DNA of 64,000 bases from Bugula neritina (taxonomy: Eukaryota > Animalia > Bryozoa): contig OZ037768.1 of NCBI GenBank assembly GCA_964035545.1, positions 930,001 through 994,000 of the forward strand. Direction: 5' to 3'. Position numbers and translations under genes: made by a program. The notes below the pieces were generated by a model, which worked only from the letters and a program-made list of their open reading frames with translations, ran no database searches and was not told the origin of the DNA. Of the stretch, positions 1 through 12,100 are shown piece after piece (position 1 is the first letter of the stretch; the number at the start of each line of letters is the position of its first letter).

Positions 1-170
1 CCTATTCACTCTTGACAGCTTTGTGTGATGTTGAGAGCACACAACTCCTTATTCTCTCGACATAGCTTTGTGTGATGTTGAGAGCACACAACTCCCTATT
101 CTCTCTTGACAGCTTTGTGTGATGTTGAGAGCACACAACTCCTTATTCACTCTTGATATAGCTTTGTGTG
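1..170. repeat. Intronic tandem repeat, ~47-bp unit (truncated by window start)
   Basis: About 3.5 copies of agctttgtgtgatgttgagagcacacaactccttattc(a/t)ctcttgac. Confidence 0.9.
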
Positions 171-324
171 CTGCCAGGTAATATCTATCTTGTGAGAAAT
201 CAAAGTACTGCTAATGTTTGCAGATCATACATTGTTATGTAGTAATAAGAATAACATTGTGTGAAATTAAATTTAAGTGTTTTAAATTAGCTTTGGTTCT
301 CTAGTGTATTCTATATTCACACAG

Positions 325-3300
325 AGACTAGTGTCCATGAACATGCCCCTCAATAGTGACGGCACCGTCATGTTCAACGCCACGCTGTTTGCACTGGTAC
401 GCACATCTCTTCGAGTGTACACTGAGGGAAATCTTGGTGAGTTGTGAATATACTTCTCTGATGGTACCACATTTCCAATAATCATGTCCTTGAATAATTT
501 ACTAATAAATTGTCATAAATGAATACTCTAGCCACATTTATTGTTTGGACTGAGTCCCCTTAATAATTGTCTACCATACCTTATTTTTTAACCACACCTA
601 CTGTCAAAATAAACACTCCATTTTAGTATAACGTTTTAACTCCACCCATATATTGATAAACCACACCTCCATATCTAACCATGTCTTCTGCTGACACTAC
701 ATGTTGTATTGTCTATATTGCTGATCACATATTGTGTTGATATTTTCATGTTTTGTCATATGCATGTGTATCAGATGATGATGGTGACCCCCACGCATCA
801 GCATTTAGACGAGGTAAACAAACGGCAGCATCTAGGTTACCTTCCCATCTTAATAGCTCTTATATCTCCCTTAACCTATTCTTGGCTCATCCTATCTGGT
901 GGGCGTGTCCTATTTGATGGGCGTGTCCTATTTGATGGGCGTGTCCTATTTGATAGGTGTGTCCTATTTGATGGGCGTGACCTGTATGAAGGGTGTGTCT
1001 TATTTGATGGGCGTGTCTGAAGAGTTTCTTCAATAGAGCCATAGTACTCTCTTTGGGTAGCCTAGCTTCTTAGCAAGTCACTGTTGTCGGGTACTGCTGG
1101 TAGCCAATCACATCCTAATTCTATCAACAATTTGTTGTTTATTCAAAATAGGAATAAATCAGAAAATGTGACTCGTTGAGAAACTGGTTGATTGAGAGAA
1201 TGAAGATGACGTCTTGATACTTTCATTGACGATTAGCATTTGCAAAACATTATGTATACTGATTAGTATCCATGATTTCCAAATTATATGCTTTTTTCAA
1301 GCCTAACCCATTTTTCAACACACTGAGCAGATGCAGTTACTGTGAAACATCCCTAAATTCAAATGAATAAGGAATTTTCTAAAACAATGGAGTAAATTTA
1401 ATTCTTTTCTCGCCAAATGATTGAATATGATTAATTGATCAGCCTGAATTGATTGTTCATCCACCGCAATGCCTCCCCTACCTGATGACAAACACCAATC
1501 ACAATTAACGACACAGATAGCTGTGTTTCCTGTGCTACTAATGTGAACTAGTAATACCTATCTTAGCATGACTTACTACTTCAACTCTCACCAGAATGTC
1601 TTCTACGGTGTGCATGCTACACCAGGTAAACAACTGTGCATGTTCATCTCTTCTAATTTACCCTTCAACAGGTTATTATGACTTCACTATTAGAGGTATA
1701 AGTTAGGTATGCTGGTGATGACATCACACACAGTATTGACGCCACGCTACTAACAGCCAATTCAGTCATTTCTTGTCACATGACTTGTAGATGAAGCTAA
1801 TGAAGAGCTTCGTTCAGTCATTAAGAAGATATGGAAAAGGACATCCACTAAAGTGTTAGACCAAGTAGTACCTCCAGCAGGGGATGATGAAGTGACTGTA
1901 GGTAAATTCTATGCTACTTTCCTAATCCAAGACTACTTCAGGAGATTCAAGAAAAGAAAAGAACAATTAGCAAGAATTGAAATTGGACAAGAGCCAACTA
2001 GTGCCTTGCAGGCTGGTCTCCGGGCAGTTCATGACCTTGGGCCAGAAATCCGACGAGCCATATCCGGCAATTTGGAAGATGACTTTAACTTTGAGTCTGA
2101 AGAGCCTACGCATAGGGTGAGTCATATGTGAGCAGTAGTTGTCTTCTCTCTTCATAGTAGTAGTTGTCTTCTCTCTTCGCAGTAGTAGTTGTCTTCTCTC
2201 TTCGCAGTAGTAGTTGTCTTCTCTCCTCATAGTAGTAGTTGTCTTCTTTCTTCATTGCAGTAGTTGTCTGTCCTTTTCATAGTAGTAGCTGTGTAACGTG
2301 TTAGCTATAAGATTGCATTATTACACAGTGTTAAGGTTATAAATAAAGTAAAGTGCATTGCAGAACTTCCTTTTCCTAGTTACCGGCTATTAATATCAGG
2401 TAAGCAGACTCAGAATTGTACTTATTTGATTTCTGACTTGTAGCGGCACCACACCTTGTTTGGTGATGCAGGTGAAAGAAGGCACTCTGTAGCAAAGTTA
2501 GGTAACAATTCTAAATTCAATGGACTCAATACCAATGGAGGAGGCTACATGGATTCTAGTAATAGGTGTGTCTTCTGCTCTCATTTCTTCATTTAAATGT
2601 TATAGAAAATCACTCTTATTTTGAGTTTGAATTGCTATCGTTACTCGACTGTGTTACAAGTCAGTACACTGTTAATGCTCTGCACCTGTTAGCAGACAGT
2701 CTTAGCATTGTTGTGTTCACCGTCTCATTATATTCACTGTTGCATAAGCAAGTGTAGCTTATGCAAGGAAGTTGGTGGAGAGATTGTCACACTAGATTGC
2801 TATACATTAGGCAAACTCTTGATGTTTAAGCTGACAATACTCAGAGACATTCTGACCTACTATTTTCCAACCTTGTGTGCCTAGCCTGACTGTTGCATGC
2901 TTGTCTGTCTGTACGTGTAATGATTTGAGTAAGTTACCTGTACAAGCAGCCGATAGACTATGCCGTGTTGTGGCTATGACAGCTTCAGGTGATGTGCACT
3001 GCATAGACTTGTCTGTTTGCTTGTAGAGCTTCCCAGCATGAATACTCAATGAATAACAGTAACAATAACTATTACACTTCTAAATCTTCCGATAGACGCA
3101 GACTTCTCAGGTAATGACTGTCTGCCATAAACACTTGTCTAGACTTGTTACAGCTTGTCTAGACTTGTTACAGCTTGTCTAGACTTGTTACAGCTGTCTA
3201 GACTTGCTACACCTGTCTAGACTTGTTACACCTGTCTAGACTTGTTACACCTGTCTAGACTTGTTACAGCTTGTCTAGACTTGTTACAGCTGTCTAGACT

Positions 3301-6300
3301 TGCTACACCTGTCTAGACTTGTTACACCTGTCTAGACTTGTTACACCTGTCTAGATTTGTTAGACTTGTCTAGACTTGTTACACTTGTCTAGACTTGTTG
3401 TGCATGTTTTGGTTTGTTGTGGATATTGCTTTTGTTCATTCAACTTTTACACAAAACAACTCACTGAGCAGGTCTTCTGTTAATTGATGTTAGTCATTCA
3501 TCTTTAGTAATAATCTGGCCTTTCAATTCCTATTTTAAATTTTTTTCATTTTTTAATAACCTATTTGCGCCGTCATTCAACATCTGTACATTTGACGGAA
3601 TGTATCAGTGAAAGAGTTAGGTTATGTTTTCTTGAAGCTAGTGACAGATTGGCAAACAGCTAATAGGTTTGATGATATAAAAAAGATGCATTGTGGTTCA
3701 TTTCCATTCAGTTTCTGCTTTCCTTGAACACATTTGGTGTAGCATCATACTTGTAAGTAGAAGTGGACTAAACTATAAAGTTATGCTGACCCACAGGCAG
3801 CAGAAGTGCTATTGTAGTAGTGATATGCTACACACATTGGCACAGGACGATGTGTTACCCCCCTCCCCCCACCCCTCTGACATGCAGGATGGTATCCCTC
3901 TGCAGGAGTTTAGTCAGCCACATAGTGGGTGTGCTGGTGCGCCTCTGGGGTACACTCGGTAAACCTGGATGTTGTGGGATATGGTTGTCCGTTAGCAGCT
4001 TTAGCACTAGTAGCTAGTTGTTGTGTCTACTCTCTATACATTAGCTAGTCTATACTCTATACATTAGCTACTCTATACTCTCTATATTAGCTAGTCTATA
4101 CTCTCTATACATTAGCTAGTCTATACTCTATACAATAGCTAGTCTATACTCTATACAATAGCTACTCTATACTCTCTATACATTAGCTAGTCTATACTCT
4201 CTATACATTAGCTAGTCTACACTCTATACATTAGCTAGTCTATACTCTCTACATTAGCTACTCTATACTCTATACATTAGCTACTCTATACTCTCTACAT
4301 TAGCTACTCTATACTCTATACATTAGCTAGTCTATACTCTATACATTAGCTACTCTATACTCTATACATTAGCTAGTCTATACTCTCTATACATTAGCTA
4401 GTCTATACTCTATACATTAGCTAGTCTATACTCTATACATTAGCTAGTCTATACTCTCTATACATTAGCTAGTCTATATTCTATACATTAGCTACTCTAT
4501 ACTCTATACATTAGCTAGTCTATACTCTCTACATTAGCTAGTCTATACTCTCTATACATCTTCTTTGTTGTACACTTACCTACGAAATCGACTTGAAGTA
4601 TGGAAATGTGAATCAATTTATCCTAATTCTATTGCAGTTCTACTTCTTATATTAAAGTAGCTAACAGTCTACTTAAAATTATTAGTATGCACAATTTCTG
4701 ATTTGAATATTTTAAAGTTAACTTTAACTCAATAAAATATCAGAACCTCATGCTAAATAGCCTCAGCTCTCAAGGTAGAGCATCCAAATGCAGGCCTTAG
4801 GCTAATACCCACACCCGCTACTAGCATAGCTTTATCTGTGAAATATATTATAGTCTGCAACTTTTGTAATGCTTAGAGGATATAAAAAAGGCGATTTCTA
4901 GTGTAACAGTACGTACATAGAATACTGTATTACTTCTCAGTGTGCCGCTGTCGGATGACGCTGCCGACAGATACGACAGCGCTGACCCTGAGCTGACAAG
5001 GAAGTTGAGCAAGAAAGGGTCTGCGCTGAAGCTCAAGTGTATCGGGAAACAGGAAAGTGATGAGAACCCGCTGGTGAGGAGAGCCATAGCACGCAATGCT
5101 ATTCCGCATCTGGCAGGAGCAGGGGTAGACAACTCACCAAATCATGTTTCTCCTGGTAATCTGAATAATTCTATTCTCCTCTTCTAGTAGTAATGAAATG
5201 ATGTTTATTATTTTAATAAAATTTAGAGGTAATAAAGTATTACACATAAGAATATTGTTACCAGCTAATTCTTTATTATTCAAGTGATTTTATAATCTGT
5301 GTGCTTTAGAAAGTGATCAGTTTAGAGCATCATTTAAGAGTTTGTGTTTACATTATCTGATAAACATTATACATCATGATATTAACTTATGATATGATAT
5401 GATATGATATAAATATGTTTAGCTGTTGCAATAAGGATATAATAATTTGTAGGTTCATTTCCGCATTATGGTGCCATGCAGTCTCTACAGAAACCCCACC
5501 AATCAAATCGCGGCAGTAGATCTATAGAAGACAACATAGTAGGCAAGGTAAGGGGGAGCAACTACTAGTTTATACCTTGTAACTGTATTTATATTGTGTT
5601 GAAGCATTTGTTTCATAGACATAGAAATGTTACTGAAAGTGTTATGATATTGTATTACAGCCAACTCGTATGTCTAGTGACTACTATATACGTAATGTAA
5701 GTGTTCAGCTAGCACCTTGTCAACCTTCACTTACTGGCAATTCTTTTGCAAATGAGAGACAAAATAATTAAACAAGTTATTTTAAGTTAATTTGCTAAAG
5801 TAAAGCCTCTGTTCATTGCCAGTATGCGAGGTAGACTTAGTGCCTTTCTTTCCTGGTGTGTGTTCTTGACTTCCATTGCTTGTCCTTTTCGCTATTTCCA
5901 TGTCTGCCTTAGATCACATGCTGCATCTCATATCTGCGTCTCACAGCCAGCCTACACATGTCCTCTGGCAGCAGTGTCAGCAGCAGTTGGTACTCAGGCC
6001 ATACTTATTCTTGTATCACCAAAGGGTTATATGAAGCTAGATGAAGCAATATTTTTATACCAACCTTCATGTTTGGACTGGCTTTTGCTTACCTGTTTTC
6101 TGTGAATGGCACGACGACGATGTTGCGTTTGAACTAATGTTTAGTTTTTCAAGCTGCCTGTTTCCACTTGGTTGTTATATAATGTTAGAAGTGAGCAGCA
6201 AGATATTAGTGTGGCCAGTATCATAACTTGTGATGTTAGGCAACCAGCCATTAGATTGATTTTCTCTTTGAGTTTTTTTAATAGTCTAAAAATATAGTGG

Positions 6301-6615
6301 TTCAACTTCTGTTGACTCATTAGTATTGAGAGCAAGTAGAAAAATGTACTGAAAATTTGGAGCCACACTAATTTAGCTTGCAAGCAAAAGACTTCTGGAA
6401 GGAAATGAACACAGTACTATAAATTGCAGGCGTTAGAAAAGGAGGGTCTGCAGAAGTACGTGACTCCAGAAGTTCTGGAGAGAGAGATAGCCGAGGCTCA
6501 TAATATATCACCGAGTATGGTGGGGCCCCACAGTCGTGAAGGGAACCATGGCTCTATTAGTACGTACTCCATGGGAGATGATGACATATTCTGTGATACC
6601 GACTCTGAACACTGA
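325..6615 (+). CDS. CACNA1D: L-type voltage-gated calcium channel alpha-1 subunit (Cav1 family), C-terminal exons only; gene begins upstream of window
   Basis: Phase-consistent GT-AG exons 325-436, 1791-2116, 2444-2565, 3027-3110, 3797-3958, 4941-5155, 5453-5547, 6430-6615. Translation gives Cav1 signatures [40 protein letters not shown], the IQ region [47 protein letters not shown] and a distal ALEKEGL..EIAEA segment. The symbol denotes the Cav1 family; an invertebrate gene is co-orthologous to CACNA1C/D/F/S. The middle low-complexity exons are less certain. Confidence 0.93.
775..813 (+). CDS. Candidate 39-nt in-frame cassette exon of Cav1 ([13 protein letters not shown])
   Basis: tatcag|...CGAG|gtaaac; phase 1 at both ends, matching the flanking Cav1 exons; no stop codon. 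Confidence 0.4.
898..1017. repeat. Intronic minisatellite, 18-bp unit
   Basis: gggcgtgtcctatttgat, about 6-7 copies. Confidence 0.9.
2133..2290. repeat. Intronic minisatellite, 25-bp unit, just after donor at 2116
   Basis: agtagtagttgtcttctctcttc(at/gc), about 6 copies. Confidence 0.9.
3133..3399. repeat. Intronic minisatellite, 19-20-bp unit with palindromic GTCTAGAC core
   Basis: cttgtctagacttgttaca(g), about 14 copies, starting ~20 nt after the donor at 3110. Confidence 0.92.
4027..4558. repeat. Intronic minisatellite, 23-25-bp unit
   Basis: ctatacattagctagtctatact, more than 20 copies. Confidence 0.92.
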
Positions 6616-9171
6616 TCTTAATGTTCTGTAATAGCATTAGTTGATAACCATGACATCATACCATGAACAACACTGACTAAGCAGTGTCACTGTCGAAGTG
6701 TCAACCACACATTGCCAGGTGCACTAGGTGCTTGCTAATCAAGTGCCAAGGTTTTAGGTAGGCAAACAGACTGGTTAGGAAATTGCAAGCATCTTCTTTC
6801 CTTCATCATTCAAAAATACATTTTTATTTTACGTATTATTTTAGAGTTGTTTTACCCAGTTCAGCAATGAGATTGCTTATAGGTGTGCAATATAAGAAAG
6901 TTTAGTTTAGTTGTCTGTCTCTAACTCACCTCAATAGACATCTAGTCTCTTCTTCTATTAATAACACTAAAGCCTATACATTTTATTTATTTACATGCAA
7001 CCCATATAACCAGTACAGATTTTTCGTACACTAGGACATGGCAATATTGTATATATTTATTTATGTGAATGTTTTAAAGTAATGCATGTACATACGTGTT
7101 ATGAAGAGTGTATCGGCTCTCAAACCAGTCTCATGTTAACAATGCATTGAGACCAACTTGCCCTGTAGGAGGATTTACTGCGCGTTATTGTTATATTGCT
7201 TTGTTTAAAGTTTTACCCATATTAATCTATAAACACAAATCTTCTGACAAACCCCCCCAACATTTATTGCAATATGGTTAATTTATCATTTTATTTTTCA
7301 AAACATACTCCTTATATTTGCAATAAAAATTTCATAAAAACTTTGTTGGTTACCTTAAAATGTTGCCATGGTAATATTTCATTTGCATTGACCGATATAT
7401 TTTGTTTTTGAAAGCAGAAAAGTGAGGGCTTTACCAACAGACAAGTTCCAAAAGAAATAAAACAGGACTGAAGTGTGCATACTGTAAATTACTCAGTCTA
7501 CTACCTTTTTCTAGGGTAGATAACTCCTTATGCAATTTATTTAGAGGGCATAACTCCTTATATAATGAGTAAAACGGAGTGTTTACAGATGAAGAAACTT
7601 CATTTATTAGGTGTTAGAATCTACTGGTAAATACTTGTACAATAAATTATGATATTCAAAAGCATTGCATATTCAATCAGAAATGTCTAACAAATTGAAT
7701 TTTAAAACTAGAAGAATAAAGTGAAAAATTAGATTATGTCCATCAGGGTAAAAATGATTTATACAATACAATGTTACACAAAACAACCTAGAAAATACTT
7801 TTGCAACCCCCAGTGTTACTACAAAATGCACAAATTCTAGTGACCTGTTAGTCGTGCTAATAAAATTCTCAGTAAAAATGTATATATATATATAATAATA
7901 ATAAAACAATTATATAATAAATTAAACATTGAAAGCTGATAAATAATATAAGGTGAACAAAATAACATCTGATAAGTAAGAAAATGGTGCTTGAGTTGTG
8001 ATATTAAAGTGTTACAAAGCAGTTAGTTAATTCATACAGTTTGACTATAGCCTTTATTATGCTCAACAGATCTATAGAAACTGTTAGAGTTAACAGCAGC
8101 ACCTATCAAGCTAGCATTAGATCCCATGTGCCAGAAGTGGGGGAGGGTGATTATACTAGAAGTTAACTAAGGGTCACTAGGCACTCATCTGGCTAAGGCT
8201 AAATATGGAGGCAGATCAAAGGGGAGGGATTTATTCATGCTGGCAGTGGTAGCTTGACCAATCAAATTCATTCTAATGTGAGTACAGCAGTGGGCTGTTA
8301 GCCAATCACAGTAGCAGAAATTCCTCAGCACTAAAACACAATGCAGTATCACCAGTTCAAATTTGCAGCAAAGCCTATTAGATACCAGAAGAGAGAAGCA
8401 CCATACACCTAGTCGGTGCTCACACAAGACCCAGTACAAACCAAAATTCAGACATGCAATACAGTTGTATGAAGTTAGAGAGAGCAATAATGAGTTACAA
8501 CACAGCAATAACTTCTGTTTTCTGTTATAGAGGTTACTCAAGGCCAGCGACAGCAAAATCTGGCGTTGTTAGCCAATGAAATCATAGAGTTGTTATACGT
8601 GAGCTAACTGACAAAGTAGGATTAATACGGGTTGTGGAGTTGTCCCTACACTGGCTGCTGATTGGTTGCTATTAGTTACTACAAAGCAAATGTTGAAAGT
8701 TAAAGACTTTTTACCTCTTTAGCTGCTGTAATGCTATTAATAACTTCATTTACTAATATAAATAATTCTGCAGCGTAGTAATACACTAGAAACTGACTGT
8801 AAAGGTATTGCACAGTTTAGCCATTATAGTGCAGCACACTCGTGAAACAGGAAACAGTGTGGTCAGTGCAGGTGGTCACTGATTAGTATCACAGCAACTC
8901 GGCAAGCACTTGCCACAATGTGTCAGTTGTAAAAAGAACACCAAGGAATACTACCTTGTCTTACGTGTCACAGAGTGACACCAGCTAGTAGTGACGACTG
9001 TGCTTTCGCTAGTTAACAAAAGACAGTATTGCATAAGCATTGCGTCAGACTGCATGCACTTCTACAGTTAAGGAAGAATCAAGCATTGCATGCAGTAAAA
9101 TAAACAGTGGAGAGAAAGTAAAGAGGTTAGAAAGTCCCCCACCATTACAGCAGTTGGCAGAAATAAAGTTG

Positions 9172-12100
9172 TCACACGCCAGACGTTGAGGATGCTCTGC
9201 CAAGCAGCGCTGCCAGACGATTTTTCCCCTCCTGAGTGACACTGCGACTGGGGGTTCCCTGCCTCACAGTGACCGCCAGACCCTGCGGCTTTTGACTCAG
9301 CAGACTAAAGCCTGAGTAGCTAGTGGGATTACCCGCAGCAGACGGGCTGGTAGCCTCAGCCGAACTTACTTTGGTGTGATTGTGATGAGAGCTGGTGCGC
9401 CTGAAGTCTCTCCTTCTGTCAACTGATCCTCTCACAGATCTCTTCTCTCTGTCGTACTCTAAATCTTCTAGTCTCTATATAGATGTACACAGTGAGTAAT
9501 ACTGACAGTACTACTGAGTACTATAACTAACAGTACTGAGTACTATAACTGACAGTACTGAGTACTATAACTAACACTACTGGGTACTATAACTGACAGT
9601 ACTGAGTACTATAACTAACACTACTGAGTACTATAACTGACAGTACTGAGTACTATAACTAACACTACTGAGTACTATAACTAACAGTACCACGGAGTAC
9701 TATAACTAACACTACTGAGTACTATAACTAACAGTACCACGGAGTACTATAACTAGAATTATTGCAAGGTCAGACCTGTGTTAAGGCCAGTTTCTGCTGA
9801 ATGGCCATTCTGAGCAGAGAATTGAGAGTTTTCTTCTCCTCTTCAGCAGACGACAGTTGTCTCTGCAGCTGATCCAGCTGCGTGACGTACTCGTCACAGC
9901 GCTGAGCAAACATGGCTCTGAGAGACGAGAAAGTCGCGGCGTCTTCCTTCAGCGACTTCAGCTCGTTTCTCAGTTTACCCATAGTCTGAGTGACTAACAC
10001 CTGCAGGTAAATATAATAGTCTATGTGACCAACACCTGCAGGTAAATATAATAGTCTGAGTGACCAACACCTGCAGGTAAATATAATAGTCTGAGTGACC
10101 AACACCTGCAGGTAAATATAATAGTCTGAGTGACTAACACCTGCAGGTAAATATAATAGTCTGAGTGACTAACACCTGCAGGTAAATATAATAGTCTGAG
10201 TGACCAACACCTGCAGGTAAATATAATAGTCTGAGTGACCAACACCTGCAGGTAAATATAATAGTCTAAGTGACCAACACCTGCAGGTAAATATAATAGT
10301 CTAAGTGACTAGCACCTGCAGGTAAATATAATAGTCTAAGTGACCAGCACCTGCAGGTAAATATAATAAATAGCCTAAGTGACTAACACCTGCAGGTAAA
10401 TATAATAGTCTGAGTTGAGCAGCTAGCACACAAACCTTCTCAGTTTCATATTTTTGTTTGAGATTAGCCAGTGCCACCTCGGCTGTGCTTTTGTTGGCTT
10501 TCAGTACACTGCGTAATGTCGCAATCTGCTCTCTCTTCGTGTTGAGTAAAGTTTTCAACTTTCTATTCATTTCCTGTATTTCCTCGATATCTTCGCTGTT
10601 TCCCTTTTCCACGACTAGCTGATTGTATCTGTCTACAGCCGTGTCCACCGACCTTTTCACGTATTTCGTCTGAAACAGAAGAAAGCAACATGGCAGCTGA
10701 CAATATTCTGAGCCGACAGGAAATCACGAGCTCAAAGAGAAAGATACTGCAGCTGTCATAGCAGAACCATACTTGATCTCCAAGCACCAATATTAGTTCA
10801 TTCAACTTGTCCACATTGAGCTCTTCGGCTTCCATAGTCGAGTCTGCAGTGAAGGTGAGACTGCCGGGGGCTGCCGGATCAGTAGGAGCTCCAGGTGCTA
10901 AAATAAAAGACAGTGCGTACTATTACTACCACCACCACTACCACTTCTACTACTACAACTGCTACTACTACTAGTACTATCACTTCTACATTAAAGCCTT
11001 ACCTTCAGAAATACCACCATTAGATAAACTTGATTTCCCACCAAACTGCAAGTGCTCCTGCATTAACCTGTATAACAATCACATAGATCTGAATTATATG
11101 TGACAGCAGGCTGTGTAAGAATACTAGAAGGTCATGTGACACCAGGCAGTGTAAGGGTCATGTGACAGCAGGCAGTGTAAGGGTTATGTGACAGCAGGCA
11201 GTGTAAGGGTCATGTGACAGCGGGCAACCTAAAGAGTTCTCACCTGTTGGGCGTCTCATTGTTTGCTTTACACAGAACTTCGTACACGGAACTGAGAGAG
11301 CAGACAACTTTGACTAGAGATTCCTTCATATTCCCTTTGAGATGAGACAACTCCTTTAGCTCCTTGATCTCTCCTTCATATTTACAGATTTTAGACTCCA
11401 ACTCGGTGATCTAACGGAAGGATACAACACACATTACAAGATGCTGAGGTGTAACACTACAACAGCAATACAACATATAATGTTACTTCAACAGTAGATA
11501 TGATAATAACCTTCGTCTGCAATGACTCAACCTCTTCAGCAGATCTGCCCTCATTTTCTATATTCAATTCATTGACTTCTACTTCCTTTATCAGTTTACT
11601 TGCCTCTACAACCACCTTAGCAGCTAATAGTTCTTCTTCCAGCTCTACATACAGTACAGTACACACTACAGTACACACTACATACAGTACAGTACACACT
11701 ACATACAGTACAGTACACACTACATACACTACAGTGTACACACTACAGTGTACACACTACAGTACACACTACATAGACTACAGAGTACACACTACAGTAC
11801 ACTACAGTACACACTACATACACTACAGTGTACACACTACAGTACACACTACATACACTACAGTACACACTACACACTACAGTACACACTACAGTACACA
11901 CTACATACAGTACAGTACACACTACATACACTACAGTACACACTACATACACCACAGAGTACACTACATACACTACAGAGTACACACTACATACAGTACA
12001 GTACACACTACATACACTACAGAGTACACACAGACACACACCGTGTATCTTAGTCTGCAGATCAGAGCATTTCTCCGTCAGCTCGTCTCTCTCCTTCTCC

